A stretch of DNA of 64,000 nt from an uncultured bacterium (lineage in GTDB: Bacteria > Armatimonadota > HRBIN16), in assembly GCA_964579145.1 (NCBI GenBank), contig CAZOGB010000012.1:1866-65865 (forward strand). Reading direction: 5' to 3'. A program made the translations under genes and the position numbers. Positions 1-9,164 of this stretch are shown here, one piece after another; within the stretch, counting starts at the first letter, position 1, and each line of letters opens with the position of its first letter. Below the pieces are notes generated by a model. That model saw nothing but the letters and a program-made list of their open reading frames with translations, searched no databases and was not told the DNA's origin.

Positions 1-666
1 GTCATCTCGGGCAACGTCTCCTTCTACAACGAAACTCCTGACGCAGCGGTATTCCCCACCCCTACCATCGGCATGGTGGGACTGCTGGAGGATGTGACCC
101 TGCACTGCAAGGCAGGTTTCCAGCAGGCTGGCGACCGCATTGTCCTGCTGATACCCGAAGGCTGGCGCGACCCGCTGGGCGGACTGGGAGGCAGTGAGTA
201 TCTGGCGGTGGTGCATAACATTGAAGCGGGCGCACCGCCCGCCATTAATCTGGAGGCAGAAAAACGCCTGCAGGCATGTGTGCGTTCCGCCATCGCGCAA
301 CGACTACTGCACAGCGCACACGACTGCTCGGATGGCGGACTGGCGGTGGCTCTGGCGGAGTGCTGTATGATGGGCGAGCTGGGCGCAGAGGTGACGGTCT
401 ATACAGACGAGCGCACCGACGCCGCGCTGTTTGGCGAGACCGCCTCACGAATCATCGTCTCGCTCCCGGAGGCGAACCTGCCGCAATTGAGGCAGATAGC
501 GCGGGCACACGGCGTGGAGGCACGAGCGCTGGGCACGGTCAGCGCGAAGCGCACTCTGCGCATCACGGTCAACGACAGCGAGCGCATCCACCTGCCGCTG
601 GAAGACCTGACCGACGCTTATGAGGGAGCCATTCCGCGCATGTTGAAGCTGGGAGGAGGCGCGTAA
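1..666 (+). CDS. purL: Phosphoribosylformylglycinamidine synthase II (PurL), C-terminal fragment; the window begins inside the gene
   Basis: Frame 1 from nt 1 reads VISGNVSFYNETPDAAVFPTPTIGMVGLLEDV, the classic PurL ISGNVSxYNET region. The C-terminal HDCSDGGLAVALAE motif is typical of the AIR-synthase-related domain. Stop at 664-666. Confidence 0.85.
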   Translation, partial: VISGNVSFYNETPDAAVFPTPTIGMVGLLEDVTLHCKAGFQQAGDRIVLLIPEGWRDPLGGLGGSEYLAVVHNIEAGAPPAINLEAEKRLQACVRSAIAQRLLHSAHDCSDGGLAVALAECCMMGELGAEVTVYTDERTDAALFGETASRIIVSLPEANLPQLRQIARAHGVEARALGTVSAKRTLRITVNDSERIHLPLEDLTDAYEGAIPRMLKLGGGA

Positions 667-1043
667 TGCAGGAAGACCTGCCCCCGGTGGCGCAGAGAAT
701 CATCGCGGAGATACAACAGCACCCCAAGGTGGTGGCGATATTCCTTTTCGGCTCGTGGGCGCGCGGCGAACAGATGCCCATCTCCGATGTGGACATCGCC
801 GTCCTGCTGGATAACCCCGACCGGCGCGACGAAGCGGATGTGGGCAGTATGTACTCGCCAACGGTGGATGTGGTGCTGTTCCATCGCCTGCCTCTGCGCA
901 TCCAGTTTCAGGTGATTAAGGAAGGGCGTTTGCTGTTCGTGCGCGACGAGGAAAAGCTCACTGAGACGGTCTACCAGGTAATGCGCCAGTATCACGAGGT
1001 GGAGTGGATGTACCGCCGCTATTATGAGGAGATTCTGCGATGA
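666..1043 (+). CDS. Minimal nucleotidyltransferase (MNT), antitoxin-type partner of HepT
   Basis: GSWARGEQMPISDVDIAV matches the GSxxRGx5SDxD nucleotidyltransferase motif. Protein is 125 aa. Its start overlaps the purL stop (TAATG), and its end overlaps the next gene by 4 nt (ATGA). Confidence 0.8.
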   Translation: MQEDLPPVAQRIIAEIQQHPKVVAIFLFGSWARGEQMPISDVDIAVLLDNPDRRDEADVGSMYSPTVDVVLFHRLPLRIQFQVIKEGRLLFVRDEEKLTETVYQVMRQYHEVEWMYRRYYEEILR

Positions 1044-1435
1044 AGCTTGCCGAGAGTATCGCTCGTTTCGAGAACCATCGCCAGGCGGCAAGTAACCTCA
1101 AGGAGAAAGACCTTTCGGATTACTTTGTGTTCACCGCTCTCGCCATGGAGTGTTTTCAGGCGGTGAACTCGCTTATCGATATCGGTCAGGCAGTCATTGC
1201 GGCGCGCAAAATGACGGTGCCAGATACGTATCGCCAGGTGTTCGAGGTGCTTGCGCGACATGGCGTGATTTCATCAGAGGCGGCAGATGCGGGCAGGCGA
1301 CTGGTCTACCTGCGCAACCTCATCGCCCACGAATACCACCTGATTTCACTGGAAGAACTTCTCGAGGCGGTTGAACTGCTCTTTGAGGTAGATGACCTGA
1401 TTAACGTCGCCAGGCAGGAGGCAAAGAATCGATGA
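1040..1435 (+). CDS. HepT (DUF86) RNase-type toxin partner of MNT
   Basis: LRNLIAHEYHLI contains the Rx4HxY HepT active-site motif. Protein is 131 aa, immediately downstream of and overlapping the MNT gene. Confidence 0.8.
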   Translation: MKLAESIARFENHRQAASNLKEKDLSDYFVFTALAMECFQAVNSLIDIGQAVIAARKMTVPDTYRQVFEVLARHGVISSEAADAGRRLVYLRNLIAHEYHLISLEELLEAVELLFEVDDLINVARQEAKNR

Positions 1436-2862
1436 CAACACCAGATTGGGAAACCGTAGCACGGTTTCTGGAGGAGCGAAACATCCGCTTCTACCCGCGC
1501 TCGGTTCGTCAGGCAGGCGATATCCCTGTTGCTTTCGCCAAGCACGGTGGGCACGGCTTTGTGGCCAGCACGCAACCGCTCCCTGTGAACGGACAGATAA
1601 CCATCATCTCTCTGGGCGACCTCTACCTGTATCCGCTGGACTGGAATAACTATCTTGCACTTCGCGACCTGCTTGCCCTGCACCCCTCAACCTGCGACAG
1701 ACCCGCCTCCTTCGGCACGGGCGACCGGCTTGGCATGGTCACTGCTGCGCACCTTCAGGCATTTGAGGCCTACGGTGTATTCCCCGTGCTTGCCCAGCAA
1801 TCGCCGCGCGAACTGGTGCGAACGGGGCGCGATTTCCGGGATGTGCTGATTTCGGCGGCGGCAGGCGTGCTGGAAACGGGCTACACGGGTACGTGGGGCG
1901 CGGACGCCGACCACATCAAACACGAAGAGCAGCTCCTGCAGGCGATACATGCAGGTTACAGTATGTACACCATTGACGTGAGCGACCGCCTGCGCGATGT
2001 GACCCGCCTTACCCAGCCCGAAATCGCGGACAGAGCACGCACGCTATCCCCCCTCAGCCATAGCATCGTGCGCGACCACGTCAACATGCGCATCCGCACG
2101 GAAGACGGAGAAGTTTACACACTGGACGCACAGCGGCTTGTGCAATCCGCCATCACCTTTGAGGAAGCCCTGCAGGAAGCGTGCCGGCTGTACGGTATCC
2201 TGCAAACGCACCTCGACCGATTTGACTTCGAACTCTCCATCGATGAGAGCAATCGTGTCTCCACGCCAGAAGACCATGTGTACGTGGTAGAGTATCTGCG
2301 GCGTAGCGATGTGAAATTGTGGAGCCTTGCTCTGCGTTTCCCGGGCGAGTTCCAGAAAGGGATAGATTACACGGGCGACCTGAACGAACTGGAAAGAGCC
2401 TTCCGCCTTCACGCCGCGCTGTGTCGGGAGCTGCAGGGCTATCGCCTCAGCCTGCACTCAGGAAGCGATAAGTTCAGCGTCTATCGCCTCTTCCGCGAGG
2501 CAACCGGGAGCAACTTCCACGTGAAAACCTCCGGCACCAGCTGGCTTCAGGCGATACAGCTGATTGCCCAGACCGATGCGGTGCTGTTTACGGAGCTCTA
2601 TCGCCTGTGCCTACTCTATCTGGAAGAGAGCCGGCGGGGCTATCAGGTCTCCATCCGCCCAGAACAGTTTCCCCCTCTGCCGTCAGGAAACCTGTCCGAC
2701 TTCCTGGCACAGCCGCACGTGCGCCAGCTGTTCCATATCTCCTATGGCGTCCTGCTGGAAGAGGCTGGCAGCGCGATACGCGACCTGCTGGACCACCACG
2801 AGCAGGAGCACTATCGCCTCGTTGCCGAACATATTAGGAGACACCTGCAACTGCTTGCATAA
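1432..2862 (+). CDS. Putative sugar epimerase of the tagaturonate/fructuronate epimerase (UxaE-like) family; the family assignment is tentative
   Basis: 476 aa soluble protein with a TIM-barrel-like HSGSDKFSVY region reminiscent of UxaE. Start is ATGA-coupled to the hepT stop. Flanked by sugar-metabolism genes. Confidence 0.4.
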   Translation: MTTPDWETVARFLEERNIRFYPRSVRQAGDIPVAFAKHGGHGFVASTQPLPVNGQITIISLGDLYLYPLDWNNYLALRDLLALHPSTCDRPASFGTGDRLGMVTAAHLQAFEAYGVFPVLAQQSPRELVRTGRDFRDVLISAAAGVLETGYTGTWGADADHIKHEEQLLQAIHAGYSMYTIDVSDRLRDVTRLTQPEIADRARTLSPLSHSIVRDHVNMRIRTEDGEVYTLDAQRLVQSAITFEEALQEACRLYGILQTHLDRFDFELSIDESNRVSTPEDHVYVVEYLRRSDVKLWSLALRFPGEFQKGIDYTGDLNELERAFRLHAALCRELQGYRLSLHSGSDKFSVYRLFREATGSNFHVKTSGTSWLQAIQLIAQTDAVLFTELYRLCLLYLEESRRGYQVSIRPEQFPPLPSGNLSDFLAQPHVRQLFHISYGVLLEEAGSAIRDLLDHHEQEHYRLVAEHIRRHLQLLA

Positions 2863-2875
2863 CGGGAGGAGATAG

Positions 2876-3514
2876 ATGTCGGGACTTTTGGGCAACGATT
2901 CGCTGGTGTTATTTCAGGGAGATAGCATTACCGACGCGGGACGTGACCGCAACGACCCCAACAGCCTCGGATGGGGCTACGCGCTGATCACAGCCAGCCT
3001 GTTCTACGCCATGCATCCGAACCGCCAGGTGCGCTTTGTGAACCGCGGCATCAGCGGCAACCGGGTGCGCGACCTGCTGGCGCGATGGGAACAGGACTGC
3101 ATCGCCCTGAAACCGGACTGGGTGTCCATCCTGATAGGCATCAACGATATGTGGCGTCGCTATGATAGCAACGACCCCACCCCTGTCGACCGCTTTGAAC
3201 GCGAATACCGCGAACTGCTTCGAATCACGCGCGAGCGTAGCCGCGCCCGCCTGATCCTTATGGAACCGTTCCTGATCCATGTGCGCCGGGAGATGGAAGG
3301 CTGGCGCGAAGACCTGGACCCGAAGATTCAGGTCGTGCGGCGGCTCGCCCGTGAGTTCAACGCCCTGTATATCCCGCTGGACGGCATCTTCGCGAAAGTC
3401 TGTGCCCAGCGTGAACCCGCTTTCTGGGCAGGCGACGGTGTGCATCCCTCCCCCGCTGGACACGCCCTCATCGCCAGACACTGGCTGCAAGCGGTGGGTG
3501 AATGGGTGGGTTAA
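2876..3514 (+). CDS. SGNH/GDSL-family hydrolase (esterase or deacetylase)
   Basis: N-terminal GDSIT motif and C-terminal DGVHPS motif define the SGNH catalytic Ser and His blocks. RBS GGAGGAG upstream. Confidence 0.8.
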   Translation: MSGLLGNDSLVLFQGDSITDAGRDRNDPNSLGWGYALITASLFYAMHPNRQVRFVNRGISGNRVRDLLARWEQDCIALKPDWVSILIGINDMWRRYDSNDPTPVDRFEREYRELLRITRERSRARLILMEPFLIHVRREMEGWREDLDPKIQVVRRLAREFNALYIPLDGIFAKVCAQREPAFWAGDGVHPSPAGHALIARHWLQAVGEWVG

Positions 3515-3517
3515 CCA

Positions 3518-4492
3518 ATGGAACTGCGCATCGCCATCGTCAACTCCAGCAGCTTCGGCAAGTACTTTCCAGAGCACCTGCAGCGATTGCGCGAACTGGG
3601 AGAGGTCCAGCGGTTTGACTTTCCCGTCACCATCGACGGCAGGTCGCTGGCGGAGGCGTTGAGGGGCTATAACGTGATTATCGCCAGCGTCAAGCCGTAT
3701 TTCACGCACGAGTTTTTTGAACATAAAGACCACACCCTGCTCATCGCCCGACACGGCATCGGAGTAGATAACATCCACTTGCCCAGCGCACAGCAGAAGG
3801 GCGTGATGGTAACCAAAGTAACCCCGTGGGTGGAACGCGAGGCGGTCGCCGAGCTGGCTGTTGCCCTGCTCTTAGATATTCTGCGCCTGACACACGAGGC
3901 ACGCCAGGCGGTGTACGAAAGTCGGTGGGCGGAACGCGCCCGGTTCGTGGGCTTTGAAATCAAGGATAAGACGGTGGGCATCATCGGCATCGGCAACATC
4001 GGCAGCCGGGTGGCGGAAATCCTGCGCCACGGTTTTGGAGCACACACGGTCGCCTATGATCCCTACCTTGACGCCGACACCATTCGCCAGCGGTGCGCCG
4101 AACTGGTGGAGCTGGACGACCTGCTGCGAGAGTCGGACATCATCTCGCTCAACGCCTCGCTGAACGAAGGGAACTATCATATGCTGTCGCATCGCGAGTT
4201 CGGCTTGATGAAGCAGGGGGTGTTTCTCGTCAACACCGCGCGGGGCGAGCTGATTGATGAAAACGCGCTAATTGCCGCACTCGAGTCGGGCAAGGTGGCG
4301 GCAATCGGGATGGACGTGGTGGAAGGCGAGCCGATAGATGCCACCCATCGCCTGCTCAAGTACCCGAACGTGCTGATTGTGCCGCACATCGGAGCCTACA
4401 CGCGCGAGTCCCTGCGCCTGATGGGCGAGAAAGTGGTGCGCGATGTGGAATGCGTGGCGCGAGGTGAGCTGCCAGAAGACAGGGTTGTCTGA
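3518..4492 (+). CDS. D-isomer-specific 2-hydroxyacid dehydrogenase (phosphoglycerate dehydrogenase family)
   Basis: GIIGIGNIGSRVA NAD-binding fold. The catalytic-region context (VPHIGAYTRES) is typical of the family. Confidence 0.8.
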   Translation: MELRIAIVNSSSFGKYFPEHLQRLRELGEVQRFDFPVTIDGRSLAEALRGYNVIIASVKPYFTHEFFEHKDHTLLIARHGIGVDNIHLPSAQQKGVMVTKVTPWVEREAVAELAVALLLDILRLTHEARQAVYESRWAERARFVGFEIKDKTVGIIGIGNIGSRVAEILRHGFGAHTVAYDPYLDADTIRQRCAELVELDDLLRESDIISLNASLNEGNYHMLSHREFGLMKQGVFLVNTARGELIDENALIAALESGKVAAIGMDVVEGEPIDATHRLLKYPNVLIVPHIGAYTRESLRLMGEKVVRDVECVARGELPEDRVV

Positions 4493-4507
4493 GGGAGGAG
4501 ACGAGAG

Positions 4508-7500
4508 GTGCACGTTTCACGCAAAGCTTGGGCAATCATCCATCTCCTGGCTCTGACCCTGCTTGCGCGCGTTACCGCCCAGGCAGATGACCTCGCTGTT
4601 CGGCAGGGGGAATACACTGCTCGCTGGACGGAAACGGGATTGCAGATTACCTACAGAAACATCCCCGTCGTCACCGCAAGCCGGCTAACCCTCTTCAAGC
4701 CCGGTTACACGGGCGCGTATTTCAGCGCCGCGAACCTGACCGCTCGCACCGCCCAGGTGGGGGTTAAAGGCAATTCTATAACTGCGATACAAAGCATCCC
4801 CGACATTCGGGCGACGATAGAGCACCAGACCACCGTGGAGTCAGATGGCGTGACGATATGGTTCACCCTCAGAGTGCAGAGGGACATAGAGCCCAGCCCG
4901 GTGGAGTGCGCGCTGGTGATGTTCCCGCCGGAGGAGTTTGCGGGGGGCATGTATCGCCTGCAGAGTCTGTTCGGGCAACTGCGCCCGCAGGTGCTTCCCT
5001 TAGAGAAGCCGCAGACCTCGGCGGCCGGAACGCAGTTGATAGCCAGCGGTGTTCGCGGCGTGACCCTGATAGGGCGTCAGGTGGAACTCACGGTAGAGAA
5101 CCTCGGTTCCATCGCCCCGTCGTTTTACGATATGCGTTCGCGCGACTTCCCCCAGCCGGAGCGGATATACTGGTGGCTGTATCAGTGGTTGGCGGGTCAG
5201 GGCGAGGTCGCCTGCGGTATCAGGCTGAGCGCGCGCCCCATCAGCCAGCAAAGGGCACAGGCTCACGCTTCGGGCAAAGTGTGGCTTGTGGAGGGAGGCA
5301 GACGGATGGAAATCGGTCAGATTTTCGTGCATGAGCAGGCGCACGCTATAGAGAAGGCAGTGGCACAGGAGCTCCAGCGCTACCTGCGCGAGTTGACGGG
5401 CAGGGAGATACCCCTTGTGCAGGGTAACGGCGAGGGACTGCCCGACCGGGGTGTGGTGTACATCGGCAGGAGCGACCCCGCCCGCCAGCGCGCCCTGTAC
5501 ACGAATGCCGAATACGAGCCGCTGGGAAGCGATGGCTTTATCCTGCGCCTGAAAGGAGGCAACCTGCTGGCAGCGGGCGGCGGCTATCGCGGCACGGTGT
5601 ATGCGGTGTACCGCCTGCTGGAGCGGATGGGCTGTCGCTTCTACTCCACCGAGCTGGAGATAGTGCCTCAGCGCAAGAACGCCGAGATTCGCGCCCCGCT
5701 AGACATCGTGGACCGTCCCGCCTTCGAGTGGCGCGCCATGTGGGGCAGAATCTACCCGATGACCGCTGGACTGTCGCCCGGCGAGTGGGAGGCAAAGGTA
5801 GGCAATAGCGACCTGCCCAAGATGATGGGCATCCCGCCTCGGGGGTTTTGGCATCACACGATGGGCTTCCTCCTGCCCGCCGATACCGTACCAAAGGAGT
5901 ACCTCGCGGAGATTGCAGGCGAGCGGCGCATCACCGAACCCGCCGTCCAGCAATACTGCCTGTCCAACCCCGACCTGCAAAAGGCGATGACCGAGGCGGT
6001 GCTGAAGTGGATTGAAAGCAACCCCGACCCGCTATACTACCCCGTACACTACGGAGACACCGGACAGTTCTGCCAGTGCGAACGCTGTAAGGCGTGGTAC
6101 AAGGAACACGGCAGTCTCACCGACGCGGTGATATGGTTCAACAATCAGATAGCGCAGGAGGTCGCCAGGCGGTTTCCGGGCAAGTTCATCACCACGCTGG
6201 CTTACTGGTCCACACGCAAACCGCCCGTGAAGGAACGCCCCCTGCCCAATCATCTCATTATCTTTTGCGCTATCAGCGAGTGTCAGGCGCGCCCCTGGTC
6301 GCACCCGATTAACCTCAAGCTGAACGTCATCCCCGACCTCGAGCGGTGGATCGCCGTTCACCCGCTGGGTGCACAGGGAATCATCACTTTTGAGTATCCC
6401 ACCACCTACTACTACATCGGTTACCCCTACCCCGCCCTGTATGCCTTTGCCGAGAACCTGAGATATTACAAACGGCTGGGCATTCGCGGCGTGTACATCT
6501 GCGGGCTAACCGATGGGCATCTGGTGCATCTGTATTCTTACGTCATGCCCCGCCTGATGTGGAACCCGGATGCAAATCTTCAGCAACTGATTGATGAGTT
6601 CTGCAAAGCATGGTACGGCAAAGCGTGGCGACCGATGCGCGACTATGTACACCGTCTGCATGAAAGCGCCATCCAATCGCAGAGCGAGGGCGTGATGGAC
6701 TGCCACGCGGGACCGGGACAGCGTTACTTCCGCGAGCTGTTCACCCGCGACTGGCTGGATGGGCAAATCTACCCCCTGTACGCCAGAGCCGAATCGCTGG
6801 CAGAGAGCGAGCTGATCAAGCGGCGCATCTGGCGCGAGAAGTGGGGCGTGCTGTTCACCGACCTGTTCGTCAACCTGCAGGTGGGAAGGGATATCGTGCC
6901 CGATAGCAGTGAACGGGGATACACCCGCCAGATGCCCTCACTGCCGGACTACTACCGCATCGCCGAGCTGTTGAAGGTAACTCGCGCGATTGGGCGTGAC
7001 TGGACGGTGGAACCTCGCCTGCGATATACGCTCACCGCCATCACAGGCATCGAGCCATCACGCTCGCGCTGGTGGGAGTGCCCGGAAGTTCAAAAACTGA
7101 TAGACGACCCACAAGGTGCGTATGAAAGTGCAGTACGCGCCATGAGCGACGAAACCGTGGGACAGTACATCATTCGGCTGGAAAGCCCTTACCTTCTGGC
7201 GGACATCGTGCCCTCGTTGGGCGGGCGAATATGGCGACTGTACCATAAAGGGCTGAGGCAGGACATCTTCTGGCGCAGCATCCTGCAGTGGCATCTGGTG
7301 CAGAACGGACATCAAGCGGAGCACTACCTGAACTTCGGCGGATACGAAGAGTACGCTGGCGAGCAGTTCGCCTCGCCCGGCTGGCGCGAGAAGTACGAAT
7401 GCACCGTCTCCGAAGACAAGCGAAGCGCCACCCTGACCACGAACCTGCCCAACGGCTTGCAGATAACGCGCATGTTCACCCTCCTGCCCGACGAACCGGC

Positions 7501-7894
7501 GGTGGAGATTTCTACCCGGCTGACCAACCGCTCTTCAGAGACAATGCCGAACGTGGTACTGCGCACGCATCCGCAGTTTCGTCTGTCCGCCGGTCAACCC
7601 GACCTGCGCCTGGTCGCCAGAGGGGGTGACGGAGGCTGGAAAGAGTATCCCCTGCAATCCGAGACCTATCTGAGAGGAACGGAATTACCTGCTGGCAGTT
7701 GGGGCGTGCTTATCCCCAATAGCAACATCGTTATCCTCAACGAGTTTGACCCGGCGCAGGTGCGCCAGTGCTACCTGTATGCCTTCCGCGAGTTCTACAA
7801 TCTGGAGCTCTTCTCGCAGCCGAAGACGCTGGCGCCCGGTGACTCGCTCGAGTTCAAACACCGATACCTCGTGCGCGAGGGAGGGCTTCGCTGA
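4508..7894 (+). CDS. Secreted DUF4838-type glycoside-hydrolase-like protein with a GH20b-like N-terminal domain
   Basis: Signal peptide MHVSRKAWAIIHLLALTLLARVTAQA. GH20-domain-2-like block GRSDPARQRALYTNAEYEPLGSDGFILR...YAVYRLLERMGCRFY. CQCERCKAWYKEHGS zinc-ribbon-like motif typical of DUF4838. Protein is 1128 aa. GTG start preceded by GGGAGGAG. Confidence 0.55.
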   Translation: MHVSRKAWAIIHLLALTLLARVTAQADDLAVRQGEYTARWTETGLQITYRNIPVVTASRLTLFKPGYTGAYFSAANLTARTAQVGVKGNSITAIQSIPDIRATIEHQTTVESDGVTIWFTLRVQRDIEPSPVECALVMFPPEEFAGGMYRLQSLFGQLRPQVLPLEKPQTSAAGTQLIASGVRGVTLIGRQVELTVENLGSIAPSFYDMRSRDFPQPERIYWWLYQWLAGQGEVACGIRLSARPISQQRAQAHASGKVWLVEGGRRMEIGQIFVHEQAHAIEKAVAQELQRYLRELTGREIPLVQGNGEGLPDRGVVYIGRSDPARQRALYTNAEYEPLGSDGFILRLKGGNLLAAGGGYRGTVYAVYRLLERMGCRFYSTELEIVPQRKNAEIRAPLDIVDRPAFEWRAMWGRIYPMTAGLSPGEWEAKVGNSDLPKMMGIPPRGFWHHTMGFLLPADTVPKEYLAEIAGERRITEPAVQQYCLSNPDLQKAMTEAVLKWIESNPDPLYYPVHYGDTGQFCQCERCKAWYKEHGSLTDAVIWFNNQIAQEVARRFPGKFITTLAYWSTRKPPVKERPLPNHLIIFCAISECQARPWSHPINLKLNVIPDLERWIAVHPLGAQGIITFEYPTTYYYIGYPYPALYAFAENLRYYKRLGIRGVYICGLTDGHLVHLYSYVMPRLMWNPDANLQQLIDEFCKAWYGKAWRPMRDYVHRLHESAIQSQSEGVMDCHAGPGQRYFRELFTRDWLDGQIYPLYARAESLAESELIKRRIWREKWGVLFTDLFVNLQVGRDIVPDSSERGYTRQMPSLPDYYRIAELLKVTRAIGRDWTVEPRLRYTLTAITGIEPSRSRWWECPEVQKLIDDPQGAYESAVRAMSDETVGQYIIRLESPYLLADIVPSLGGRIWRLYHKGLRQDIFWRSILQWHLVQNGHQAEHYLNFGGYEEYAGEQFASPGWREKYECTVSEDKRSATLTTNLPNGLQITRMFTLLPDEPAVEISTRLTNRSSETMPNVVLRTHPQFRLSAGQPDLRLVARGGDGGWKEYPLQSETYLRGTELPAGSWGVLIPNSNIVILNEFDPAQVRQCYLYAFREFYNLELFSQPKTLAPGDSLEFKHRYLVREGGLR

Positions 7895-7965
7895 GGGCTA
7901 ACAGGATACTCCCGACCAGAAGATGAATATTACAGCCGAGACCATCACGAAACAGGAGAGGAGTT

Positions 7966-8796
7966 ATGCCTGACCAGCTGATAGCCGGTAACTGGAAGAT
8001 GCACGGCACGGTGGCGTGGTCACTGGCTTTGGTAGAAGAGCTGAAGCATCGCAACCTGGATGCCCTGAACGCCGAGGTGTGCATCTGCCCACCCTTCACC
8101 GCGCTGTATGCGGTGCATCAGGCGCTTCGCGGCACCGAGATTAAACTGGGGGCACAGGATGTATTCTGGAAGGACCAGGGCGCCTACACCAGCCAGATTG
8201 CCCCGCCGATGCTGACCGAGCTGGGTGTGAGCTACGTCATCATCGGTCACTCCGAGACGCGAGGGCGGTTTGGCGTCCCTGAACCCGATTTCACCGATGA
8301 AATCCTGCGTCACTTCGGCGAAAACGACGCCACTGTGAACCTGAAGGTAAAAGCGGCGTTGTTGCATGGGTTGACGCCCATCATCTGCGTCGGCGAGACC
8401 CTTGCTGAACGGCAGGCAGGACAGACCGATGCCGTGATTACCGCTCAGGTGAAGCGCGACCTGCAGGGGCTTGACCCTGCAGAGATTGGCTGTCTGGTGT
8501 TTGCGTACGAGCCGGTGTGGGCGATTGGCACGGGCGAGGTATGCGACGCCCCAGAGGCAAACCGCGTTTGTGCGCTGATTCGACGTATCGCCACTGAGCT
8601 GTGCGGCGAGGAGAACGCCCAGGGGCTTCGCGTGCTGTATGGTGGCTCCGTGAAACCCGACAACGCGCATGACCTGCTTGCACAGCCGCATATCGACGGA
8701 GCGCTGGTGGGCGGGGCGAGCCTGTCGGCGGCGTCGTTTGCGGAGATTGTGTCCCACGCGCACAAGATTGCGAACCATCGCAACAACGGCGCGTAG
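7966..8796 (+). CDS. tpiA: Triosephosphate isomerase
   Basis: AGNWKMH, IIGHSETR, YEPVWAIGTG and YGGSV signature blocks. Confidence 0.95.
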   Translation: MPDQLIAGNWKMHGTVAWSLALVEELKHRNLDALNAEVCICPPFTALYAVHQALRGTEIKLGAQDVFWKDQGAYTSQIAPPMLTELGVSYVIIGHSETRGRFGVPEPDFTDEILRHFGENDATVNLKVKAALLHGLTPIICVGETLAERQAGQTDAVITAQVKRDLQGLDPAEIGCLVFAYEPVWAIGTGEVCDAPEANRVCALIRRIATELCGEENAQGLRVLYGGSVKPDNAHDLLAQPHIDGALVGGASLSAASFAEIVSHAHKIANHRNNGA

Positions 8797-8797
8797 A

Positions 8798-8832
8798 GCT
8801 TGCGAACGGGGGCAATTTGCGGTATAATGGCT
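8798..8832 (+). promoter_or_regulatory. Sigma70-type promoter for the tRNA pair (TTGCGA, 17 bp spacer, TATAAT)
   Basis: TTGCGAacgggggcaatttgcggTATAAT. The spacer is exactly 17 bp, and the -10 ends about 22 nt before the tRNA-Arg 5' end. Confidence 0.6.
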
Positions 8833-8854
8833 CTGCAGGAAGAGCGGTAATCCT

Positions 8855-8931
<77 letters not shown>

Positions 8932-8945
8932 GCTGTTCCCCCTGG

Positions 8946-9024
8946 TGGCGGCTGTAGCTCAGCTGGTCCAGAGCGCCTGACTGTGGCTCAGGAGGTCGTG
9001 GGTTCGAATCCCATCAGCCGCCCC
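8946..9024 (+). tRNA. tRNA-His (anticodon GTG) with genomically encoded G-1
   Basis: Extra 5' G, then acceptor gcggctg/cagccgc. Anticodon stem cctga/tcagg with loop ctgtggc (anticodon GTG). T-loop ttcgaat. CCA is encoded. Confidence 0.85.
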
Positions 9025-9126
9025 ATACTACGAAATGCGCCGTTTTCCACCCCGTACCTCCACAACATCTTGTGTTTCCGCTTGTGTTTGGGTTTGACAG
9101 TTTCACGGAATCAGGCTGTTTAAGGT

Positions 9127-9152
9127 GGGGGGAGAAGCCGAACCTCTCCCCA
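9127..9152. terminator. Hairpin between the tRNAs and the convergent PEP-CTERM gene; a possible bidirectional terminator
   Basis: ggggaga-agccgaacc-tctcccc stem-loop lying between convergent transcription units. Confidence 0.35.
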
Positions 9153-9164
9153 CACGCGAAGACA

